Positions 9,672 to 18,592 of a DNA stretch of 64,000 bases are shown piece after piece (position 1 is the stretch's first letter; every line of letters begins with the position of its first letter). Source of the stretch: Opitutaceae bacterium (GTDB taxonomy: Bacteria; Verrucomicrobiota; Verrucomicrobiia; Opitutales; Opitutaceae); assembly GCA_024711005.1 (NCBI GenBank), contig JANJTQ010000182.1:3294-67293 (forward strand). Direction: 5' to 3'. The notes beneath the pieces are model-generated. The model had not been told where the DNA came from. It made no database searches and saw nothing but the letters and a program-made list of their open reading frames with translations. Position numbers and translations under genes: made by a program.

Positions 9672-10580
9672 TCAAAACAATCGCTCGGGATACTCTCCGC
9701 GCGCCACCAACTCCGCCAGCGCCGCCTGCACGCGGGGCTTGTCCTCGCGATACGTCACGCCGAACCAGTTCGCACTCGTCGGGCGCACCTCGACCGTCAC
9801 CAGCCCTTGCGCAACTTGTTCCGATACCGCCTCGGGCAGATAAAACTCCGACTTCAACTCCCCGCCGCGCGCCTCAAGAAAGCTTTCGAACTGCTCGTTC
9901 AGCCCCGTGAAAAACACCGGCGTAAACGCCCAGCAGTTCATCGAGACGGTTTCCTCGCCCGTATACTTTTTCCCCGCCTCCGGACCGACCTCCTCCCGAC
10001 GAATGCCCGTGTGCTCGACCACCTTCTCCAGGCAGCCATCCCCGCCCGTGGCGCAGACGCCGCGCGACACCGCGCCGTTTTCCGAAAGCGTATTCGAAAG
10101 CCGATACCCAATCATCGCGAAGTTCGGCGCGATATCCTCGTCCGTTCGACCCGCCGCTTCCTCCCGCAAAAACGCCGCAAGCTGCCGGAATGCGTCACGC
10201 CCGAAAAAGTCATCCGCTCCGATCACCGCGAAGGGTTCCATGATCGCATCGCGCGCACACCACACCGCGTGCCCCGTCCCCCAGGGTTTTTCACGACCCG
10301 CCGACACCGCGAAACCCGGCGGCAATGCGTCGAGCGACTGGAACACGAAATCCACCTTCACCTTGTCCGCATACTTCGCGGCAACCTGCGTCCGAAACGC
10401 CTCCTCGAACTCTTTCCGGATAACAAACACCACGCGGCCGAACCCTTCGCGGATCGCGTCGAACACCGCATAATCCAAAATCGTTTCACCCGAAGGACCA
10501 ACCGGGTCGACCTGCTTCAGTCCGCCATAGCGGGAACCCATGCCGGCGGCCAAAATAAGGAGAGTGGGAGCGGTACTCAT
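9672..10580 (-). CDS. Sugar-phosphate nucleotidyltransferase family protein
   Basis: LILAAGMGSRYGGLKQVDPVGPSGETILDY; 'KPWGTGHAV'. Confidence 0.88.
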   Translation of the reverse strand: MSTAPTLLILAAGMGSRYGGLKQVDPVGPSGETILDYAVFDAIREGFGRVVFVIRKEFEEAFRTQVAAKYADKVKVDFVFQSLDALPPGFAVSAGREKPWGTGHAVWCARDAIMEPFAVIGADDFFGRDAFRQLAAFLREEAAGRTDEDIAPNFAMIGYRLSNTLSENGAVSRGVCATGGDGCLEKVVEHTGIRREEVGPEAGKKYTGEETVSMNCWAFTPVFFTGLNEQFESFLEARGGELKSEFYLPEAVSEQVAQGLVTVEVRPTSANWFGVTYREDKPRVQAALAELVARGEYPERLF

Positions 10581-10659
10581 GATCCCGGAATGCAAACCGG
10601 ATCGATGAACCTCGCGCGATGAAATACTCGCACTTCAGCCCGGAAACCTAACTCCGCCC

Positions 10660-11967
10660 CTACCTCCCCACCAACACGTAAACATACCCCGCCGTCATCA
10701 GCGCGAAGAAGATCAACCCCGACCAGCTCAACACCCGCATCATCCACCCCGGCTGGTCGCCCGCCGGCACGTTGTCGCCCGTCATCACCTTGTAGTTGAT
10801 CCACGCCAGCACCGGCGAAGTCAGGAACGATACCACCGCCGCGAACGTCAACAGTTCCAGCAGATTCTTCACGAAGAACAGCACGACCACCGCCGCCGAC
10901 ACCGTCGCCACGACCATCCACACCCGGTGCATCATCTTGAACCGGTCCTCCGGCAACACCTTCAACAGCACGCAGCACGCCGCCAGCGAGCGCGGATAAC
11001 CGTCCACGCAGGTCAACGTAGTGCTGAACATCGTGATGAACGCCGCGGACAAAATCAGCGGCCGCGACCATTCGCCGATCGTCGCCGTGTAGAGCGTCAC
11101 CAGTTGATTCGAGAATCCGATGCCGCTCTCCGAAAATGCCTGGCCCGAACCAAACATCACCAACGCGCCCAGCGCCACAAACAACACCGCCAGCACCACC
11201 GCCGCGACGTAGCCCAGATAAAAATCGATCGAGGTCTCCCGCACCGTGGCCATGTGCCCGGTTTGCTCCTTGCGACTGAACATCCACAACGACGACCACG
11301 CCGACAAATCCACCGGCGCCGGCATCCATCCCATCAGACTGATCAAAAATGCGAACGACGCCCAGGTCCACGGACTCGGCGCCACGAAGTCCGCCGCGAT
11401 CTCCGGCCGGTTCGGCACCGCCAGCGCCACCGCCACCGCCGTGCTCACGGCCAGCGCGATGATCACCACCTTGGCCATGCCATCGAGCAGTTTGTAGTGC
11501 CCCAGCAACAACAGCGCCGCACACCCCCCGATCAGCCCGACCGTCAGATGCGCGATCGACAGCCCGGTCAATCCGTAACCCGCGAGAAGCGCTCCGCTCA
11601 ACATGCCCACGCCCGCGATGTTGATCGTGCCGGTGAGAATATTGATCAGCAGGAAAATCCACACGTACCTCCGTCCATGCCGCCGATAACCGGCCAGCAA
11701 ACTCTCACCCGTGGCCGCCGTGTAACGCTGGCCGAAGAGGAAGAACGGGTACTTGAACAAATTGGTCAGCAAGATCAGCCCGACGAGGCTCCAGCCAAAG
11801 TCCGCGCCCGCCCGCGTCGACCACACCAGATGCGAGCCGCCGACCGCCGCGCACGAAACCAAAATCCCCGGCCCAAGCGCCTTCCACAGGTTGGCTCTCC
11901 GCTCGGCGGCGGAAAGCGGTTGCGAGGCGGGGCCGGTCGGAGCGACGGATGAAAATAAATCGGACAT
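10660..11967 (-). CDS. Nramp-family-like divalent metal transporter
   Basis: 'LGPGILVSCAAVGGSHLV...AGADFGWSL' and about 11 hydrophobic segments. Confidence 0.8.
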   Translation of the reverse strand: MSDLFSSVAPTGPASQPLSAAERRANLWKALGPGILVSCAAVGGSHLVWSTRAGADFGWSLVGLILLTNLFKYPFFLFGQRYTAATGESLLAGYRRHGRRYVWIFLLINILTGTINIAGVGMLSGALLAGYGLTGLSIAHLTVGLIGGCAALLLLGHYKLLDGMAKVVIIALAVSTAVAVALAVPNRPEIAADFVAPSPWTWASFAFLISLMGWMPAPVDLSAWSSLWMFSRKEQTGHMATVRETSIDFYLGYVAAVVLAVLFVALGALVMFGSGQAFSESGIGFSNQLVTLYTATIGEWSRPLILSAAFITMFSTTLTCVDGYPRSLAACCVLLKVLPEDRFKMMHRVWMVVATVSAAVVVLFFVKNLLELLTFAAVVSFLTSPVLAWINYKVMTGDNVPAGDQPGWMMRVLSWSGLIFFALMTAGYVYVLVGR

Positions 11968-12032
11968 GGCAAGATATGCGGACCGCGAGCCGAAGAACCG
12001 ACCCCGTCAAAGTCAAGCGATGGCCGCCAAAC

Positions 12033-12140
12033 GGAGAGCACGACGGAAGCCGTGGCTTTATTGACGGTTACGCTGGCGATGCCGTTCTGACCGGAACCGG
12101 TGTCGGTGGCGGTGACAGTGTAGGGCCCGCCCGCCGAGGT
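12033..12140 (-). pseudogene. Possible short remnant of an Ig-like/MBG-type adhesin repeat
   Basis: The translation TSAGGPYTVTATDTGSGQNGIASVTVNKATASVVLS resembles adhesin repeat junctions; the flanks do not look coding. Confidence 0.35.
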
Positions 12141-12388
12141 GTGATTGTCGAGCTGCTGGTTCCCGATCAGGGCAATACACACGACAACGTCTGGTGATCC
12201 GTTGCCTTGCCTTCGCAACCCAATTCACCGGCAACCACGTCGGGTTTATCGGTCTTTATCGGCGGTCGTCCGCTGCCGCCAATCACCCGCTTTTATGGTG
12301 GGTTAAAAGTGCGTAAGCTTTTGCGCGGCGGAGGAATTCGCTTGCGAGTCCCCCCCAGTCAAACCTGCCTCCCTGATAGCTGTTCCGT

Positions 12389-13978
12389 ATGCTCTCACCG
12401 ACGAGAAGCCTGCTCACCGTAGGCGCCAGTTTTTTGACCACTCGCACCGCTCGCAAACTGCGCCGCGCAGTCGACGCCGTGCCTGCGCAGAAACGCACCT
12501 TCACCAGCCTGTGCACGCGACTCGCCGAAACCGCTTACGGACGCACCCACGGTATCACGCCGGATATCACTTACGCCCAATTTCAAGCGCGTGTCCCCCT
12601 GCAAACCCACGAGGGGTTCGCTCCGTTCATTGAGCGCATGCAACAAGGGGAGACGGATGTGCTCTGGCCCGGACGCTGCAATTTTTATGCGGTCTCCTCG
12701 GGCACCAACGACGCGCACCCCAAATACCTGCCCGTCACCGACGACCTGCTGGAGCACTTCCGTCATGCCGGCCGCGAGTCCCTGCTCTATTATACCGCCC
12801 GTGTGGGCCATGCCGGGGTGTTTCGCGGCAAACAACTCCTCCTTGGTGGCTGCACCACCCTAAGCCGCCTCGGCGAATCCAAGGCCGCGGCCTATGCCGG
12901 ACCCATCAGCGGCATCACCGCCCTCAACCTGCCGGGATGGGTCGAAAAACACCTCTACGAACCCGGACCCGAAGTCGCACGGATTGCCGATTGGTCCACC
13001 CGCATCACGGCCATCGCCGAGCGTACTTGGCACAGTGACATCACCCTGATTGCCGGGATGCCCACGTGGGTGATCATGCTCGCCGAGGCGATCAAAGCCC
13101 GCGCCTCCCACGGCCACCCCGTCCCCGCCAACCTCCAAAGCGTATGGCCCAACTTGGAATGCTTTGTGCACGGCGGCGTGCCCATCGGCCCCTACGCCGA
13201 CGAACTGCGCACACTCATCGGCCCCAAGGTCAACTTCCACGAGGTCTATCCCGCATCCGAAGGCTTCATCGCCACGCAGGATACCGAGTCCGTTTTTGGC
13301 CTGCGCCTGATGACGGATGCCGGCCTGTTTTTCGAATTCCTGCCCATGCAGGTCCACGATGAAGGCAAGCTTGCCCAACTCGGCCAGCGCACCGTGACCC
13401 TCGAAGGGGTTCAAGTCGGGGTGGACTATGCCTTGGTGCTCACCACACCGGCCGGGCTCACCCGTTATGTGATCGGCGATGTCGTGCGCTTCCTCTCGAC
13501 CGATATTCCCCGCCTCGTTTACCTCGGCCGCACCGCCCTTCAATTGAACACCTTTGGCGAGCGAGTGATCGAAAAAGAGCTCACCGACGCCCTCGTCGCC
13601 GTGTGCCAGCGCCATGGCTGGACCACCGTCAACTTCCATGCGGCCCCTTTCGTGAACGACAGCACCGCCGGCCTGCGTCGCGGCTCCCACGAGTGGTGGG
13701 TCGAACTCAAGCCCTATACCGCCGAGACTCCCACCGGGCCGGTCATTGCCCTCGAGTTGGACGTCGAGCTCAAACGCCTTAACAAGGTCTACGAAGCCAA
13801 GCGTAAGGAGGGCGGACTCGACGCCCCGCTCGTGAAGCTCGTCATGCCCGGTGTATTCGAACACTGGATGCGCGCCAAAGACAAATGGGGCGACCCGCAC
13901 AAGATGCCCCGCTGCCGCAGCGACCGCCGGATCGCCGACGAACTCGCCCAAGTCGCACGCTTCTCCTCGGAGGCCTGA
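12389..13978 (+). CDS. GH3 auxin-responsive promoter family acyl-adenylate/amido synthetase-like protein
   Basis: 'AVSSGTN...KYLP', 'EVYPASEGF', 'RYVIGDVVRF', C-terminal 'KMPRC'. Confidence 0.88.
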   Translation: MLSPTRSLLTVGASFLTTRTARKLRRAVDAVPAQKRTFTSLCTRLAETAYGRTHGITPDITYAQFQARVPLQTHEGFAPFIERMQQGETDVLWPGRCNFYAVSSGTNDAHPKYLPVTDDLLEHFRHAGRESLLYYTARVGHAGVFRGKQLLLGGCTTLSRLGESKAAAYAGPISGITALNLPGWVEKHLYEPGPEVARIADWSTRITAIAERTWHSDITLIAGMPTWVIMLAEAIKARASHGHPVPANLQSVWPNLECFVHGGVPIGPYADELRTLIGPKVNFHEVYPASEGFIATQDTESVFGLRLMTDAGLFFEFLPMQVHDEGKLAQLGQRTVTLEGVQVGVDYALVLTTPAGLTRYVIGDVVRFLSTDIPRLVYLGRTALQLNTFGERVIEKELTDALVAVCQRHGWTTVNFHAAPFVNDSTAGLRRGSHEWWVELKPYTAETPTGPVIALELDVELKRLNKVYEAKRKEGGLDAPLVKLVMPGVFEHWMRAKDKWGDPHKMPRCRSDRRIADELAQVARFSSEA

Positions 13979-14000
13979 AAAGGACCATTCCAGATACAGT

Positions 14001-14079
14001 TGTAGCCGCGGTCGTGTCGGCCGCGTGGTTCGAAACTTGAGACAAATCCCGAAGCGCGCCCGGCACGGGTGCTGCTACA
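14001..14079. repeat. GTAG-type REP-like doublet
   Basis: TGTAGC followed by the hairpin CGCGGTCG/CGGCCGCG, with an inverted GCTACA end; lies between convergent genes. Confidence 0.55.
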
Positions 14080-14107
14080 AGACCAAATAGGAGAGTGGTC
14101 GCCGATA

Positions 14108-14497
14108 TTACTTGGAAGCGCGCTGAATCAACTCGATCTCGTAGCCTTCGGGCGCATCGATAAACCCGATCACCGAACCGCTGCCCGTGGTCGTGGGGCC
14201 GTCACTCAGTTCATAGCCCTTCTTCTTCAACCCGGCGGCGAAGTCCGCGAGGTTCTCCACCTCGAACGCAAGATGGGTCAGGTCGGGTTGCACCTGCACG
14301 GGCGGCGCACCCGCCGGCATTTGGCAGAGTTCGATCTCCTCGTCGCTGTTGGGCGTGGCGAGAAACACCAATTGCGCGCCACGCGGCGAGGTGTGGCGGC
14401 GGGACACCGTGAGTTCGAGCGCCTCCTCGAAAAACTTAACCATGCGGTCGAGGTCGTTTACGCGGTAGCGAGTGTGCAGAAGTTTTTTAACAGCCAT
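14108..14497 (-). CDS. VOC family protein / lactoylglutathione lyase-like
   Basis: 'LLHTRYRVNDLDRMVKF', 'HLAFEV', 'FIDAPEGYEIELI'. Confidence 0.85.
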   Translation of the reverse strand: MAVKKLLHTRYRVNDLDRMVKFFEEALELTVSRRHTSPRGAQLVFLATPNSDEEIELCQMPAGAPPVQVQPDLTHLAFEVENLADFAAGLKKKGYELSDGPTTTGSGSVIGFIDAPEGYEIELIQRASK

Positions 14498-14584
14498 GGC
14501 ACCCACCAAAACGCCCGGGGGCACGTGCGGCAAGCGCGGGCGCGAGCGCACGCATCCACGGCCCCGCCCATCGGCGTGGGATCG

Positions 14585-16183
14585 TCAGCTCTTCCGCAGG
14601 CGCGAGTCTCGCGCCACCTTCCGGGTCTTCGGATAGTCCGCGATGGCGTGCAGTCCCCGGCTTTCCTTGCGCTGCAGCGCGCAGGCCACGATCAGCTCGG
14701 CGACCTGGGTGAGGTTGCGCAGCTCAAGCAGATGCGCATCGAGGGAGAAATTCCAGTAATAGTCGTGAATCTCCCTCGTGAGGTTGGCAATGCGGGTACG
14801 CGCACGCTCCAGCCGGCGCGTTGTGCGCATGATGCTCACGTAATCCCACATCGTGCGGCGCAACTCGTCCCAATTGTGCGCAATCACCACGCGCTCATCG
14901 ATGTCACCGCCTCCGAGATCGACCCAATCCGGGATCTTCGGAGCCGGCAGACGTCGCGCTTTCTTCAGATAGGCATCCACCGAGATTGCCCCGCGATGCG
15001 CCATGACCACCGCCTCAAGCAGCGAATTCGACGCGAGTCGATTGGCTCCATGCAACCCGGTGCAGGCGACTTCGCCGCAGGCGTAGAGCCCCGAGAGCGT
15101 GGTCTCGGCCGAAAGATTCGTGGCCACGCCGCCGCAGGTATAATGCGCGGCGGGCACGACGGGAATCATGTCCGTCGCGATGTTGATCCCGATTTCCTTG
15201 CAGGTCTTGTAAATCTGCGGGAAGCGCGTGCGCAAAAAGGCCGCGTTGCGATGCGTGATGTCGAGCCAAACGTGCGGCGCACCGCTCTTCTTCATCTCCG
15301 TGTCGATGGCTCGCGCCACAATATCGCGCGGAGCGAGATCGGCCATCGGGTGGTAATCCTTCATGAACGCAACGCCCTCGGCATTCCGCAGGATGGCGCC
15401 TTCACCACGCACCGCCTCGCTGATGAGGAAACGTTTGCCCGTGATCGAGTATAGGGCGGTCGGATGGAACTGGATAAACTCCATGTTGCGCACCTCGACA
15501 CCCGCGCGGTATGCCATGGCGATGCCGTCGCCGGTGGCGATATCGGGATTGGTCGTATAAAGATAGGCCTGTCCCGCACCGCCCGTGGACAACATCACCA
15601 CGGGCGCCTGAAACGTGAGCACGCGACCATCGCGCACGTCGAACGCGTAGACACCGAGCACGCGGTCCGGACCACGCGAGGTCGGGCCGGCGACCTTGCG
15701 GCGCGTGATCACATCGATCGCGAACATGTGCTCGAACATCGCGATGCGCGGCTCGCGCGAAAGCGCCTTGATCAATGCGCTCTCGATCGCCTTGCCGGTG
15801 ATGTCCTTCACATGAAGCACGCGTCGCTCGGTATGCCCGCCCTCGCGGCCGAGGTCGTAGCCGCCGGCATTGTCGCGAGAAAATTCGAGTCCCAAGTCCA
15901 CCAGTTCCTGCACCCGGGCAGGGCCGTCGCGAACGATCTCGCGCACGACCTTTTCGTTGCACAGGCCGTCGCCGGCCACGAGCGTGTCCTTCACGTGCTT
16001 GCCAAAATCATCGGTCTGCGCCGTGACCACCGCGATGCCGCCCTGCGCGTAGTTGGTGTTGGAATCGGCCTGGTTCTTCTTGGTGAGAATCGCGACCGAA
16101 TGCCCGAGCCGCGCCACCTTGAGCGCAAAGCTCAGGCCCGCGATACCGCTGCCGATCACCAAGACATCGAATTCGTATCCCAT
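14585..16183 (-). CDS. nadB: L-aspartate oxidase
   Basis: GSGIAGL FAD motif, YAQGGIA, REGGH, MEFIQFHPT, LAPRDIVAR, HGANRLASNSLLE, ESRGLH. Confidence 0.95.
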   Translation of the reverse strand: MGYEFDVLVIGSGIAGLSFALKVARLGHSVAILTKKNQADSNTNYAQGGIAVVTAQTDDFGKHVKDTLVAGDGLCNEKVVREIVRDGPARVQELVDLGLEFSRDNAGGYDLGREGGHTERRVLHVKDITGKAIESALIKALSREPRIAMFEHMFAIDVITRRKVAGPTSRGPDRVLGVYAFDVRDGRVLTFQAPVVMLSTGGAGQAYLYTTNPDIATGDGIAMAYRAGVEVRNMEFIQFHPTALYSITGKRFLISEAVRGEGAILRNAEGVAFMKDYHPMADLAPRDIVARAIDTEMKKSGAPHVWLDITHRNAAFLRTRFPQIYKTCKEIGINIATDMIPVVPAAHYTCGGVATNLSAETTLSGLYACGEVACTGLHGANRLASNSLLEAVVMAHRGAISVDAYLKKARRLPAPKIPDWVDLGGGDIDERVVIAHNWDELRRTMWDYVSIMRTTRRLERARTRIANLTREIHDYYWNFSLDAHLLELRNLTQVAELIVACALQRKESRGLHAIADYPKTRKVARDSRLRKS

Positions 16184-16295
16184 GGAAAAATCGCTTTAAG
16201 TTAGCGCGACCAACGCCGCCACGTCCTGCCCGGAAGCCCGGAGCAGCGATGCGGATCCATCATGCCCGCCAAGAGAAGGAGCCGTGCGCCAGCCT

Positions 16296-17141
16296 TCACA
16301 GGATCTCGTTGTCGATCAACCGCACCTCGTCGACCCACACGGCGATCGCCATGACCGCCCTGCCCGGCGTGATCTCGCCTTTGATCGCCTCCATCGTGAG
16401 ACGATCAACGACGGACACATAAATGATGCGCACACGCCGGTGCTGACCGATGAGGTGGGTTGCCTCGGCGATAAGCCGGTCCACGCGACACTCCCCGGAC
16501 GCAACCATCTCGACGGCCTTGCGCAACGCCCGGTTGATCACCAGCGCCTCGACCCGCTGCGTGTTGGTGAGGTAACGATTGCGCGAACTCATCGCCAAAC
16601 CGTCCGGCTCGCGAAGCGTCGGCGCGACGACGATCTCCACGTCAAAATTCAGGTCGGCCGCCATCTTGGTGATCACCGCGACCTGCTGCGCATCCTTCTG
16701 CCCAAAGATTGCGACATGCGGGCGGGCGATATTAAACAACTTCGCCACCACCGTGGTGACGCCACGGAAATGCGCCGGACGCGATGCGCCTTCCAGCGGT
16801 TTGGCGATGTGCTCCTCGATGACGAAGGTCGAATAGCCTTTCGGATAGATTTCCTCCACCTCCGGCGCAAAAACGTAGTCCACGCCCGCCGCCTCGCAGG
16901 CCGCCAGATCGGCTTCGAGCACCCGCGGATACTTGGTGAAATCCTCGCTCGGCCCGAACTGCGTCGGGTTTACAAAAATCGTAACCACAACCACATCCGA
17001 CTTTTCCTTCGCAAGTTTGACCAAGCTCAAGTGGCCCTCGTGCAACGCGCCCATGGTGGGCACCAGGCCGATGCGTTGACCCTGGATGCGCAGTCGCTCG
17101 GCCAGCGACTGCATCTCGGAAACCGATGTGATTGTTTGCAT
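16296..17141 (-). CDS. panC: Pantoate--beta-alanine ligase
   Basis: VPTMGALHEGH, IFVNPTQF, FGQKDAQQ, GLAMSSRN, RLIDN. Confidence 0.97.
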   Translation of the reverse strand: MQTITSVSEMQSLAERLRIQGQRIGLVPTMGALHEGHLSLVKLAKEKSDVVVVTIFVNPTQFGPSEDFTKYPRVLEADLAACEAAGVDYVFAPEVEEIYPKGYSTFVIEEHIAKPLEGASRPAHFRGVTTVVAKLFNIARPHVAIFGQKDAQQVAVITKMAADLNFDVEIVVAPTLREPDGLAMSSRNRYLTNTQRVEALVINRALRKAVEMVASGECRVDRLIAEATHLIGQHRRVRIIYVSVVDRLTMEAIKGEITPGRAVMAIAVWVDEVRLIDNEIL

Positions 17142-17246
17142 GAAACGAAGGGGCTCGCGCGAAAACGCGAGGCTTGAACAAAACTCCGGCCCTCCGCTTA
17201 TTCAAGTTTTTCACCCGTTTAGACGCATTTTCAAACAACGCTTACC

Positions 17247-18476
17247 ATGATCCGTATCAACGAAAACTACCTGAAGCTGAAGGCTTCCTACCTTTTCTCC
17301 GACATCGCCAAACGCGTGACGGCCTACACCCAGGCCAATCCCGACAAGCCCGTCATCCGCCTCGGCATCGGCGATGTCACCGAGCCTTTGCCCCAGGCGT
17401 GCATCGAGGCGTTCCACGCCGGTGTCGATGAGATGGCCAATCGCGCCACCTTCAAAGGCTACGGTCCCGAGCAGGGCTACGCGTTCCTCCGCGAAGCCAT
17501 CGCCGCCAACGACTACGCCGCCCGTGGCTGCCCCATCGCGGCCGATGAGGTCTTCGTCTCCGACGGTTCCAAGTGCGACTGCGGCAACATCCAGGAGATC
17601 TTCGCCACCGAAGGTCTGAAGCTCGCCATCCCGGATCCCGTGTATCCGGTTTACGTCGACACCAACGTCATGGCCGGCCGCACCGGCGCCAACCTCGACG
17701 GCCGCTACGCCGGCATCACCTACCTCGATTCCACGCCCGCCAACGGGTACGTGCCCGCCATCCCGGCTGTTGCCACGGACCTCATCTACCTCTGCTTCCC
17801 GAACAACCCGACCGGCGCCGTCGCCACCAAGGAACAGCTCGCCGCCTGGGTCGCCTATGCGAAGGCCAACAAGGCGATCATCCTCTTCGATAGCGCCTAC
17901 GAGGCCTACATCACCGACCCGACGATCCCCCACTCCATTTACGAGATCCCGGGCGCCGACGAAGTCGCCATCGAGTTCCGCAGCTTCTCGAAGACCGCCG
18001 GCTTCACCGGCACGCGCTGCGCCTACACCGTGGTCCCCAAGAAGCTCGTTGCCTACGACGTGGCCGGCAACGCCCACCCCGTGCACGCGCTTTGGAACCG
18101 TCGCCACACGACCAAATTCAACGGCGTTTCCTATCCCGTACAGAAGGCCGCCGCCGCGATCTACACCGAGGCCGGCAAGGCGCAGGTGAAGGAAAAAATC
18201 GCGTACTACCTGGCCAACGCGGCCCTCATCCGAAAGGCGGTCACCGACCTCGGATTCTCCTGCATCGGCGGCGACAACGCGCCCTACATCTGGATCAACA
18301 CCGGAACGGACTCGTGGGCGTTCTTCGACAAGCTCCTCAACGAAGCCCAGGTGGTCTGCACCCCGGGCGCCGGCTTCGGCAAGTGCGGCGAAGGCCACGT
18401 CCGCATCAGCGCCTTCAACAGCCGCGAGAACGTCGAAAAAGCCCTCGCCCGCATCGCCGCCGCGCTGAAGGCGTAA
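17247..18476 (+). CDS. dapL: LL-diaminopimelate aminotransferase
   Basis: [51 protein letters not shown]. Confidence 0.95.
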   Translation: MIRINENYLKLKASYLFSDIAKRVTAYTQANPDKPVIRLGIGDVTEPLPQACIEAFHAGVDEMANRATFKGYGPEQGYAFLREAIAANDYAARGCPIAADEVFVSDGSKCDCGNIQEIFATEGLKLAIPDPVYPVYVDTNVMAGRTGANLDGRYAGITYLDSTPANGYVPAIPAVATDLIYLCFPNNPTGAVATKEQLAAWVAYAKANKAIILFDSAYEAYITDPTIPHSIYEIPGADEVAIEFRSFSKTAGFTGTRCAYTVVPKKLVAYDVAGNAHPVHALWNRRHTTKFNGVSYPVQKAAAAIYTEAGKAQVKEKIAYYLANAALIRKAVTDLGFSCIGGDNAPYIWINTGTDSWAFFDKLLNEAQVVCTPGAGFGKCGEGHVRISAFNSRENVEKALARIAAALKA

Positions 18477-18521
18477 GCGCGGATCCAAAGTCAACGCGGT
18501 GAAATGCCGCATCTACTCTGG

Positions 18522-18550
18522 AGCCCCGACGACCCCGTCGGGGCTTTTTT
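18522..18550 (+). terminator. Intrinsic terminator after dapL
   Basis: agccccgacg-accc-cgtcggggct followed by ttttt. Confidence 0.85.
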
Positions 18551-18592
18551 GCATAGGCATTTCAGCTTCAACAAACCATACACTTTGGCCCC

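Noticed and set aside
11968-12388. Metal (yybP-ykoY) or c-di-GMP riboswitch upstream of the Nramp-like or GH3 gene
   Set aside because: No consensus elements could be matched by eye; an Rfam scan would settle it.
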